Source: Lytechinus pictus
Lineage: Eukaryota
Direction of reading: 5' to 3'
DNA: 64,000 nucleotides
Assembly: GCF_037042905.1 (NCBI RefSeq)
Contig: NC_087248.1
Location: 11,036,001-11,100,000, forward strand
In this document: positions 1 through 12,338 of the stretch, piece by piece
How the letters are laid out: each line of letters opens with the position of its first letter
Numbering within the stretch: the first letter of the stretch is position 1
Made by a program: the position numbers and the translations under genes
The notes under the pieces: generated by a model
What the model was told of the DNA's origin: nothing
The model's input: only the letters and a program-made list of their open reading frames with translations
Databases searched by the model: none

Positions 1-319
1 TGGCTATTTTAGCACGCGGCATTCCAAAAATTAAAAATTTACGACTTAGCTGGTCTACTGAAAGTGGTATGAGATGCAAGGCATGGATCATGATACCGAC
101 CAAGTAACGACATGATGATACTCTAGATATTAAACAAAATGCAATACTATTTCAAAAATACCAGTCAGAGTTTTACTGGAGTTTCGAGTCACATCTTTGT
201 GATTCAGTTCTAGTCATTTTGATCAGATTCGGGTCATTACCCAAATTCTATCTCTTTCCACAAGTTTGACTTCTGTCTAGACAATATCGTTTGCGATCTG
301 ACTGTAACGTTCCCGTACA

Positions 320-880
320 AAGCAACTCCCTTTATCACCACTATCTTATTTATATCGGCGGTGGTATTATAGGACGGTCGCTATGAGAACGGTACAAAAT
401 GACGTTCTCATCTGTCCTTATAACTACCGTCAGCATTTCGAAAACTCCCTATTACCACTATCACATCTATATTGACGTACTTTTCTTAACGTTCTCATAC
501 CAACCGTATAACTACCGTCCTCTTTTCGATAACTCCCCATTATCACCGCTGTTCTCATCTATATCGACGTCCTTTTCTTATAGCTCTCATACCGTCCGCC
601 TTTAATAATAATCACCGTCCTAGTCTCAAAAACTCATTATCATCATCACTGTGAACATCTATATTGATGTTGACCCTACTTTTATTATTATTCTCATACC
701 ATCCTGAAGTACCGTCCTCGTTTCAAAAGAACCCTTTATCACCACTGTTCTCATCTATATCGATGTCCTTTTCTTAACGTTCTCATACCGACCGTCCTTA
801 TAACTATACCGTCCTCACTTCGAGAACTCCTCGTTATCACCACCTCTTTATCGTGTTCATACCGACCGTACTCAAAACTG
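320..880. repeat. Degenerate ~90-bp tandem repeat (5-6 units) in the tubulin intron following exon 2
   Basis: Recurring unit ACGTTCTCATACC...TAACTACCGTCC...CGAAAACTCCC...TTATCACCAC...CATCTATATCGACGTCCTTTTCTTA at about 402, 489, 580, 691 and 777. Confidence 0.85.
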
Positions 881-1229
881 TATAACCAAACCTCACAATT
901 CTCATAACTATCACTATTCTACCATTACTGCACGAGACTAGCACCACCATCTTCACCACCAACAACTTTGCCATCATCTCCATTCTTCCTCAATATGCAA
1001 ATTAACCAACATCCCAAATGCCACAATGATATATGTGATAGGTGCAACTTCACCCCTTTATAGGTGCATGTCTGCACCCTTCGTTCTAGTAGGGAGCAAA
1101 ATTGCACCTTCAACGTTTTATTTAAATTTTTAATAATTTCCATTCGTATTGGCCATTGCTTAAGTTGCCAAGCTGTACCATTTTTTTTCTTAAAATGTTG
1201 AGTCATTATCAAATAGTAGTTGGCCTTAC

Positions 1230-1464
1230 CGATGACGGTCGGCTCGAGATCGACGAAGATGGCACGAGGAACATGCTTTCCTGATCCTGTCTCGCTGAAG
1301 AAGGTGTTGAAGGCCTCATCGGTCGACCTTGAGGAGGAGGAGGAGTCTTTCCCATTTGGAAGATATCCATCAGGCTGGATGCCGTGCTCCAGACAGTACA
1401 ATTCCCAGCATGCATTGCCAATCTGACATCCGGCTTGGCCAACGTGGACAGAGATACATTCGCG
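1230..1464 (-). CDS. TUBA: Alpha-tubulin (divergent isotype), coding exon 2; downstream exons lie outside the window
   Basis: tag|CGC GAA TGT... encodes [78 protein letters not shown] and ends G|gtaagg. The 235 nt run phase 0 to phase 1, the typical alpha-tubulin intron positions. Confidence 0.97.
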
Positions 1465-4400
1465 CTATTTGAAAGAAAGGGGGTATATAAGAAAAATATG
1501 AGATGTTAGATAATTGGAATCTAAAAAAGTGATTTCCAGAATTTGAAGGAATCATGGTAATTTTTGTTTGAATCAGTGATTGTTCTTCTCGATAATTTGT
1601 TACTTTACGTGATTATTCATTTTTATAATCGATATTTAGGTATACATCATTACAGGTCAAAAATGTAGTCACAAAATTCTATACAATGGGCGGGGGGTAT
1701 CAGTATGTATACAGGCTTTTTATTTTACAATGGTAAGCAGGATTTTTTTTCACAAAAGGATACTATGACATTAAAATATCTTGTAATAAAACAAATCATA
1801 AAGGTGATATTCTTTAAATGACTACGGGGGGGGGGGGGTCAGACAGCAAAAAACACAATACGAAGAGTTGCAGCGTTTACCTATCACTGTGAGTGTCGAA
1901 TAGCAAAAAAAAAATCTTACCGGATTTCCAACTTTCATAGCTGAAAACAAAATGATATATATCACCGGAAAATGATACAAAAATAAGACGAGCAATCCTC
2001 AACTTTTTCTTGAAGGTGTCAACTCTATCACCCTCATCTAATCAGCGACATTCAATCCCGACCGGATGCTAACATAATCGTTTATACTTCCTCAATAATT
2101 TCAAGATTAATAATTAATCAAAGAGCGGTTGGTTCAGCATCTCTATAAATATGTCAATCTACCATGAAATGGTTGAAGTCAAATATAGGTCGGTGATTAT
2201 CCTCAATAAATATAATGGCAGCCAAACAGCTTTCCAACACACCTCGAATCGCAGCGTGAAAATAAATGAAGAGAACTTGGAAAGTTTCATATCTATATAA
2301 GGGTTGTTTTCGAGCGCAATATTTCATGTTGACGATAATATTATAGTTCCACATCCGTCTCCTCCAGTAAGCTACCAATTGGTCGTGAACCCCCCCCCCC
2401 CCTCTTCATCCTCTCGTCTCCGTGAAAGGTGTTGGAGTGAAAGCAGGTGTAAGGCTTTTGCGAGCAGAGATTTGGGTTGGAGATGGTACATAGTGGATAA
2501 CACAAACATAATGGGTATATAATTATATCTTCTTTAGATATGAACTGACCCTTTTCATTCCATTGGAAGATTTCGTATAGTAGCCTATATGGGAGAGGGT
2601 CGTCTACCCCGCCCCCAACAGACCGAAATCCCATGAAATCGCCGCATCATCGGGGGGGGGGGGGTTAGGCAGCACTGGGGTTAGGAGGTGGCGGTGTCGG
2701 TTCATTAACATCCGACAAGACAAGTTGTCAGATCTGACAACTTAAATTTAAGGAGAAAGTTCCGATTGTTGCTGTCATATTAAACCCACAAATTTAAAAG
2801 GAAAATGGCAAAATTCAGCCTTCACATGGCATTTGATATGACAAGAAATCAAAGCGAGGACATTATTTTTTGTAGATTCCGATGACAATTCTGTTTTGTC
2901 AACGTATTATAACATGCCCAAGTTGCCCCACCCCTTCGGCTCTCACTGAATTTCAACGATTGGAATAAAGGGCAAATTTCACCGACCATAACGCCCAATT
3001 ACTCGGAGAAAGGCCCCAGGTGGGCCCTTGATCTCGCCTCACACCCCATGGTGTCGAAACCATTTGCACTTCCGAAACACGAAAAATAAATGTAGGGCAA
3101 ACGTGGGATTAGAAGAAAATTTGATTGAAGTCGTCACCACATCTTGTGAAGTGATGTCCATCAAATTTTGACAGGCTTTACAATTCTTATTTTGTTTCGT
3201 ATAAATTTTGATAAAACTTTGACATGTTTTTTAATAGCACTTTTCCCGCCATGAACATTCGAGGCCGATCTAAGAGATATTAAACTTGAAACATTGAATG
3301 TTGATATATTAATTTCTCTTCTAAAATGACATCGAGAGAAAAGAAACATTAAATTATGACAACTACCGATAATTTATGTAAAAAATTGATGTATGTACCA
3401 ATAACCTGATTATTCGATGTATAAAAGATTTATTTATCAATTAATATTTATCCTAATATTACTTTGAAGACAGGCATATCCATGATCTTCAGGAGCGGAA
3501 CCAGGGGGGGGGGGCGGCGGAAGGTGAGGGCGCATCCCGTAAAATATGAAAACCTAATCGTACCAATAGAACACCACTTAGAATGCCTTCGTCATGCACC
3601 CATAGGTGATGACTTTTATTCTTCCATTTGTTTTTCTTTGCTTGTAAAATCTATCGTTAAACAAAATGCCCTTCATTTTCAACTGATAACCTTTTTTCTT
3701 CATGTTTAATTTATGTATTTATTTATTCAGTTATTTATTTATTTTCCACTTGCCATATTTTTCGGACAAGATCGCACCCAGTAAAACCAGACTCTGTTTC
3801 TGCGCCTGATATCAAATGTTATTTCATCAAAAATGTTAAACGAGCCTTGTTAGCTCCATTGGCATACTGGCGTTTTTTCTTGACTTGTACTCATGAGAGT
3901 AGAACTCAAGAATGAATAAAAGGCCAAAAAAAATATTTAAAAAACCAAGGAACAAACGGTGTGCAAATTGTGTGCAAAATTATGGCGATATTAGCCGGTG
4001 CTATGGTATTAAAATTGGGATATTATCATCATCATCACCTTCATCATCATCATCAATGATTATAATGGAAGTCAGATGAAACGTTACTAAGATATTATGA
4101 ACATGGTCTGGAGAATCCCATGTTGACATCAATATAGGTCTCTTGCTTCAAAATTTCTCTTGTTCTAGAATGCCCAACTGAAACAATTAAAACCGTTTCT
4201 TGGTTGTACCATTGACCTACTACACGCAGGGAGTCATCAGCTGGAATCGAACAGCCTTATAATTGGCGGAACGCGTCACGGTGTGACCAGGTGTAGTAGA
4301 AATATAGGGTCTACAACAGCGAACAGTTGTGTCACTTATGACACATTATTGTGACAAACAACAAATTACACGCGTATGGCTGAGCTGGTGGAAGAAACTG

Positions 4401-7400
4401 GTGGGATATATATAATGTAGGTGTCTCTAAAGGTAGATTTATCTTTATGATACAAAGAGCTGTGTAATTAAAGGGGTTTACAGGCATTTAAAATGAAGGT
4501 TCCTGCTGTTTTCTGGTCATATTAATGCTTTTATACGATTGGGGGCATCTTCCATATATAAAAAATTGATAATAAAAAATACGCAAGGTTAAAGCCCTAA
4601 TGATAATCGACTAAATAATTTGTTCAACTTTATGTCATTTATATTCACAATATTCACAATATTCCAATACTCATTATTCTCTATATTTCCTTTACATATT
4701 TCTACACTTTCCCATGCCCTCCTCGCTAACCCTTCCCTTCCACAAGACAACTTCCATTCGACTAAACCTTTTTTCATCATTGAAACCCAGACATGATAAA
4801 GTAACACTGAAGTATGCACGGCGCATTTTGAGTAGCAATAAATAATGGGGGAGCCATGTGTTGAACTTGAATTAAACTAATTATGTCGAGATATCTGACC
4901 TCATACTTCCTCAATTTGATTATTGTATTGTATTTGACCTATTTAATTACAATAATATTACAATACATTAACGATTGATCATATATAACATACTCGTTAT
5001 TGTTTAATGTGTGTTTACCTTGATTAGTGTGAAGTTCTGTGAACTGGTATGGTGTGGATTTCGTCTGCAAAACTCGGTAAAATAACCATAGTAATGTAGA
5101 ACAAAGAGTGGTGTAACGCTACTGCTTTCGTTACATATGATTTATCTCAAATATACCCTCGCCTGTATATTCTTTGAAAATTTTAACTTCAAGAATAGGA
5201 TACCAGCCGTAATTTTGCTCCTTGCAATTCGGAATTAATATTTTTTCTTTTAATTAAAAACAACAACATTCTATCAATCGTGATTCATTCGATTATGCAT
5301 CAAGCCCAGTCTGAAAATTTGTAGGACGTACAGACGTGATATACCAATAATTCATTCTCATCAATATTTTGTATAATGGATTATGCTAATTGTATATTGA
5401 TTATGTATTGTAAGCAGTGTTTTGTATTGTCTTTATAACACAGAAATCAAAGCAAACTACAAGCAATTAGCGAGGCGATAAATAAGCTTACAAGAATTTA
5501 AATTACAACTTATGGTTTTGCCTTAAAATCACCGATCGTAAACGTGGTCCAGTACATACTTCCATTTCATATGGGTTTTTGTATGGTACATAGGCCTATT
5601 TTCTTGAGAAATGTAAATGCTGGGGTTCGTGTTCCTGGTTAGATTTCTTAACGGATGAAAAGACAAAGACAACCGTCGAGCAAAAATGAATTTCATCGGA
5701 AAATGCCGCAGTAGCTTTTAATCATACACGCTACATTACACCATGTATCACTACAATCTCTGGAGTACTCTATCATGTCTATTAAAGTTTTAGATATAAT
5801 TTTGATCCATATTTCGACATAGTCCAGTATATAATGTGCGTTTGTTTAATCAGCGCTTGCCTGTAATATATGTACATTCTCTCCCCCCCCCCCCCCCCCC
5901 GGAGAGAATATTCAAGCAATGAGATATTTCACAGATGCCATTAGCTATTTCAGAATGTTTACGATGAATTCATATTCAACATGATTGATAGAAAATGTCC
6001 GACATCTTTCCATGCGAAATTTCTATTTTAAGTCAGCCTATACCCGTTAAAACATTACCGTGCACACTAATGAATACACATTTATGTGTGTAAAATTAAC
6101 ATGGGCATCATCATGAAGATACTCAATGTACAAGGAGGTAGTAGATTACTATAATGTAAATATGTTATAAGAATGGTATGGAAAATTGCCAAGTGGAAAT
6201 GATTCGATTTCCTTGTTAAAAGCTAAAAAAAAAAAAAACTTAATGTTTCATGTTACATGACTGCTGAATTACATGAACACTTATTTTCACAGATAGATAT
6301 CGCAGAGGCGGCGACGGGTTGCTTTTTCGATAGGGGTGGCAGCTTTTCCCCTATCAAAAAATGCATTATAAGATACACGACTCATCATTTTGATATCGCA
6401 CTTATAATTATGACGTTATTTGAAAACGAATTAAAGTAAAAAGGTGTCGTTAAGAGAAAAATAGGTAAATGGCAAAGAAGAGGGCCTAATGGATTGGAAC
6501 GTGATCCTCTGCCCCCCTCCCCCTCCCAGACCTGCACCACCACCATCACCACTATACCCGGATAATAATCTTTCTCTGCTTGATATTATTTCCTGATATG
6601 ATATGAAAAGTTTCCTGACTGTACCAAATGTGAGATTCAGTGACTGCAATATGAATTAACTTGACCTCCTCATTTTCAAATTGGTAATCCTGCATTTGGT
6701 ATGTTGTAAATGATTGCATGGCTTATATTGAAAAATGATATTTTGTGAAAAATTGAAGAAAACAAATGTTGAATTGAATTGAATTTGTGGACTGTTGTCA
6801 TGGACATTTTATGGACACTGTTTTATGGACATTATTAGTCCATAACATTTCTCAAGTGATTTCTTACTGAGTCAACATCCCTCAAAACTTGTTTTAATAT
6901 CGCAAATTATTAAAAATAGTTAGTTATAAATAAGTTTCAGACAAAATGAGCCCAATACTTTGTTGTTCTTTTTATCCAAAGACTCCCCCTGAAATAGCTC
7001 TTGTTCTTTAATATTACATCAAGGTAAATGTATTAATAAGGGGAATCGTAAGTTTGAAGAGGTGAGAGTGCTCAGTGACGTGAAGAGTAAGGTGAAGAGT
7101 TCTGATATCAGACAGTCTGACCCATGTAGCGTATATATATTAGCCAATAGGGGCAAGTAACCATCCCGTGTAAGGTGTAAAAGGTGGTATAGAAATAGTC
7201 ATAGTCATTCCCCTTTCTAAAACAGTTTTAACTGCAGCGTAATTCTGAAACCATCAACTCCAATTAATGTCACAACCGTTTTCCAAAAAAGGAACAAACC
7301 CTGCAAATCTGGGACAAATGGACAAAGAAAGCGAAAAAATGAGTTATACATCGGCCCCTTTTTTTTCATTTATTCAATTTTTTCGATTCGTTATTGCTAA

Positions 7401-7505
7401 AATTTTCCTTTTCTGTTCTTTATTCACGTTTATTCATTATTTTTATTGGAGAATATTACATTCCATAGCCTATTTGAAACGATAAACCCTATCACTATGC
7501 ACCAG

Positions 7506-7904
7506 GGGAGCGTTTCATGAAAGGATTTTATCCGACAAGTCCTGTTTTATCCGACAATTACCATAGTAACAGTACCTCTCACCCAAACAGAGGGTCGTGG
7601 GTTCGAATCCCAGCCATGGCGTAATTTCCTTCGGCAAGAAATTTATCCACATTGTGCTGCACTCGACCCAGGTGAGGTAAATGGGTACCCGGCAGGATTA
7701 ATTCCTTGAATGCTTGAGCGCCTAGGCAGCCCAGCTAAAGCCGGGGTAATAATAGCAGGGCCCGCTGGGAGAACAGTTTTCGGAACTGAAGCGGCTACCC
7801 TGGGTAAATATACCGCTATTATTATTATTATTATTATAATCAGAATCAAGGAAAGTTGTCAGATCTGACAACTTGTCGGACAAAAATGTTGATGAAACGC
7901 TCCC
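7506..7904. mobile_element. MITE with GGGAGCGTTTCAT TIRs (PIF/Harbinger-like), interrupted by a SINE
   Basis: cag|GGGAGCGTTTCATGA...GATGAAACGCTCCC|cag. Related copies at 31692-32493 and, partially, at about 2700-2780. Confidence 0.8.
7587..7838 (+). mobile_element. 5'-truncated tRNA-derived SINE
   Basis: Pol III B box GGTTCGAATCCC, central GCACTCGACCCAGGTG...AAATGGGTACC core, and a (TAT)n tail. Confidence 0.85.
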
Positions 7905-8996
7905 CAGGTCCACCACTGCCACCATGATACCATCGTGCCCCTCGATTGCAGATTACACATTAATGAAGAAATGACCTCACCTTCTTAGCCCCCCCTCCAG
8001 ATAACAGTACCCCCTAAATTGCTGATCACCTGACATTGACTAATGAAGATCGCATCTGTGGAATGATTTCATTCCCTGAGTCAGGTGAAGAGTCACCGTG
8101 AATGGACATGATGATGTATTAGCGTTGATGACATACCATTGGTATCTGAATAACATTAAAGTGATGACTGTGTTTACAAATATGATTAAAATGTTTTGGT
8201 TGATGATGACGATGACGATAAAGATGACAAAGTAGGTCAAGATTATGTTCGTAATGGTGATGATTATGTTGACGATGTTATTACGAAGCAGAGAGATCTT
8301 CATAAAAAGAAAATCAAGATGAGCATGCCCTCTGCAAATACATTCATGACATTAGGAAACACCAAACTAAGAAGATTCCCAATCATGCCAATCCGATGCC
8401 AAAAGAAAATGATTAAATAGGTATTGTCATTCTCTGTGATTTCTTCAGATTTCTCATTTTTTTCCCCTGGGGGCGACCTAGCTCTCTCCCATAGGCTTCT
8501 ACACAAATTCGAAATTCGAAAGGGCACGCCCCACCCCCCCCCCCCCAATTACCACCAATGGGTATTATCATTAAGAAACTAAATTAGGTTGAAACGCTGA
8601 GCTATTAAAGGTATCATTATGTCAGGCAAAGTTTGTAGGATTCTTATTTTAGAACATTCTTTGGAATCAGTGGTGTGTCTCAATGTTACCAAGCCCACTG
8701 CCCTTTATTTTTCAGAAAAACGAAATGTTAAGATAAAATATGAATGTTGATGATGCTACTCTTATTCTCCTGGTAAAAGAAATGGAGATCTCATAATAGA
8801 GCCCGTATTTCGTACAAGTTGTATTGAAAGTGAAATAAGGTTATATGGAGATAGAGGCAATTAACAAACCATTGGCTTACGTGTCATTAAGAAAAGCATT
8901 ATAATGCTGGTCGTAATGGCTATTAACTTTACTATTGTGGTAATTTTATCATCCAATGGTAACTTCCATGGAATCCTTCATTTCAATTGACTGTTA

Positions 8997-9245
8997 CACT
9001 CTAAAAGTTATTGGGTAAAAGTGCTCCAAGAGGGTAATTATAATGTCCAACCAACATTGGGCATTTCTTTTGCGCATTTTTATTTATCCAGTGTGATGAA
9101 AATTTGGCCCATTCTCAAGTAATTGCTGCTTATTTTTTTAACCTTACTGGACATTATGCTTCCCGCATTGGGTAAGCTAATGCCTCAAATTGGGTGGACA
9201 CATAATTACCTTCGTGGTGGTAAAGAAATTACCCAATATTTTTTC
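8997..9245. mobile_element. Degenerate CACTC-terminal MITE
   Basis: CACTCTAAAA start with imperfect inverted TATTGGGTAA/TTACCCAATA and GGTAATTAT/ATAATTACC. A similar element lies at about 16004-16229. Confidence 0.55.
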
Positions 9246-12153
9246 TACGACTTCAAAACCATGGTACTTTCTCTTGAACATGTTAAATGGCACATTTACT
9301 ATATCATGATAATAGTACTTTGATACAACCACAACCATGACAATAATGACCCTGCATGGTTAAGTCACGATTGATAGTGTTACACTGTCTTTAGTTTCCT
9401 TTTAATTAATCATGTATTGGAAGTTATCAGGGCAATTATTAATACTTTCGATGCACTGGCTTGGGGCCATGCCCCCCCCCCCCCACCCAAAAAAGTTCAA
9501 AGTTCCACGACCAAGAAAAGGAAGGAAAAAGGAAAGTAAAAGTTGTAACATGCCATGTTATTTTCTGGATATTATGTCCAAAAAAAAGAAGAAGAAGAAG
9601 AAAGAAGGATGAGAAAGGAAAAAAGAAGACGTAAATATGGAAATTGGTCGGGTTGTGATTCACGCCAATCACGAACAAGCCTGGTGAACAGGCGCTGCAT
9701 CCCTACGGAGAAAAGTATACAAACCGCATCTCAGCATCTCACAGCGGGAGAGACAAAACAAACATGTATTTGTGCGGAGGATGTATCAGACACAATCATT
9801 TGGGTTTTCATTAAACCTTCACCAATATTTTCTAACTTGTTCTGTTTTTATATAACCATCTTTTGTCGTCAGGGTGAATTTCCCCTTTAAGTCACTTGTG
9901 TCTTGTGGTTACAATGGCCAGACTTTTGTTTTCCTTATACAGCAATTACGGCAAACCACAAATAATAAATTATATATCAGTGTATTACGTGTTAATGAAT
10001 ATAATTTGCGACATAAAGATTGTGATGTTAGTAGCCAGAAAAAATAAACACTATAAAATCGTACTTCTATTGTAAGGCAGAGAGTTATATGTCTTCTTTT
10101 CGGGGTGATTTTTTGTAAGGAAGATGAGAATATGAAAAAGCCATAATCAGATATTCAGCGACAACAAATAAAGATACTTATTTGAAATGGATTAAACTCT
10201 AGGAATAGATCATGGTAATATAATCATACCAATGATAAATGAAAACCCATTATGTGCATTGATTTTCATGTATTATTTTAATTTTTACTTTGCGGTGTTT
10301 TTTTTTAAGGAAAGTCAAATCATATTCTTGGTGTGTAATTAAATTCATGACGATTTAATAGGGCTTGAATTATGTTAATGAAAAACAGTGATAACAAACA
10401 TAGACAAAGGCGCATGCACTGTCATATAAGAGGATCAAGAAATAAAAGAATTTAAGATTTCCTTTTTTGGATTCAATTTACATTGTGGATGACGTTTTTC
10501 TTCTTGTATTTGAACCGATACTTGAAGAGAGGCATGCACGTGTAAATAACATACCTCGGATATACCGCACAAATATAATCTTGTGAATTCGGGGTAGTTT
10601 TCAAATGGGATTTAAACATTTTAAGTGAATGGAATAAGAGGACATGATTTCTCCCCCCCCCCTCTCTCTCTCTCTCTCTCTCCTTCTTTTTTTCTCTTTC
10701 GCACTCCATCATCACCATCATGACCATCATCCTCTTTCCTCAGTGTTGATTGATGATGCGATTTCGCTGAGCCAAGTGCAGCGGTGCACCCTGCCCATAT
10801 TTGGAGGCAGCGAAGAGTTATTACAACTAAGATATGAAAATAGTTTATGTGAGACCACATAAACAACGTCAAGCAGCTTGAATTCCTTTTTTTATTCTCG
10901 CATCACTTTGTATCGTTCTTTTATCCTTTGTGTCGTCAGATGGAAAATTCTTTATTCAAACCCCCGAGCCCCCCTTCTATCTCTTTCCTGCACATTATTC
11001 TTATAACATGCAAGAAAACATATAATCTTAAGCTGCCAAGATTATTTTAGACCAAAGATACTCATGTATTTTCATTCAATTAGGATTTTATTCTCGCATG
11101 GTCAATCACATGACGTCAAATACTTTTTTCCCCAGGCTTGCAGTATCTTGAGTATTTTGCAATAAGCAAACGTATTTTTGCTTTCCTCATTTTAGGAATC
11201 TTTGTGTATTACTATTACCAAATCTTCCAGACAATTTTTCCTCGCTCCTCTCTTTCTCTCACCCGTTCCCAGCACATCCCTCCCCCTCTTTCTCTCGGAG
11301 GCTCTCACTGAAAACAAATCTATATAGAGAGGCTTTTATTTATCGATGTTTTCCCCTTCCCCTTTCATGCAATTTGTTCGCCTTTTGTCCATAATTCACA
11401 TTGCATTTTCACATACACGTTCCAATTATTGTATGCAGGATGTAATTTCATATCTTAGGCATTTCATTAATTTATCTCAATTTAACCATGGACCTAGTAG
11501 GTCCATAATTTACTACATGAAATTCCGTCTTCTTTTTAACAAAGTCCATGCTCCCTCCATCCCGGCCCTTCCCTTGAAAATTCGTCTCCATCTCATACAG
11601 TAATCATCGCCTCGATCGTTCATGAGCACCAAATATCATTTTCGCGTTATTCTCACCACGTAATCTCCCTTAAAACACCTTCCCTCTTCGTTCACCTTTC
11701 TCGTGTTTGAAATCTCTTTCATATTTTCACCCTTGGTTGCCCGAATTCAAGATCACTTTCCCGTGAAAGGTACCCATGCATCTGTTCATCTGGGCCCGGT
11801 AACACAAAGCGTAGTAATTGATCGTGGGGCTGATTTTTACGATTGGTTGTGTTGACTGTTGTGTATGATCAATTGCAAATACTAGCTCCATGATTAATCG
11901 CTGAGCTTTGTGTAACGGGACCCTGATCATTACAGTACAACATTCATGACATTGAATCCTATACCGTATGAGGGTGGATGAATGATAAAACCGTATGTTC
12001 GGGTAAACAACGCCTCCTTCTAACATGAGTAAACTTTAATCATGCACATGATTCATGATACTATTCTCTTGACTTAAGGACATTAAATCCTGTGAAGTAT
12101 AAATGTCATGAAGAAGTACACAGTATATACACAAAATAGAATAAAAATAACGT

Positions 12154-12338
12154 AGGGGTCGCGGAAACGGGGGTGGGGCTTGGTTGGCTTCACCCCCCAC
12201 ACTCCACACGCACATTAATTTTTTCCAAAACCATGTACAAAAACGTAATTCTGATAGCGATTTTTTTGCATGGTCAGCACCCCTCCCCACTTTTGGCTCA
12301 CCCCCCCCCCCCTTTCAAAACCGTTCCGCGGCCCCTGC
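12154..12338. mobile_element. Short MITE family AGGGGCCGCGGAA...TTCCGCGGCCCCT (second copy at about 13460-13594)
   Basis: TIRs plus shared internal sequence (AAACCRTGTACAAAA...GATTTTTTGCATGGTCAGC) in both copies. Confidence 0.75.

Noticed and set aside
320-880. CRISPR-like appearance of the 90-bp array (also 54200-55010)
   Set aside because: Whole units are homologous with no unique spacers; eukaryotic context with no cas genes.
925-1229. C-terminal part of the 158-aa ORF 925-1401
   Set aside because: Intron read-through past the GTAAGG donor; tubulin similarity stops at 1230.
8196-8420. Asp-rich ORF
   Set aside because: Derived from degenerate (GAT)n low-complexity sequence; no convincing splice sites or recognisable domain.
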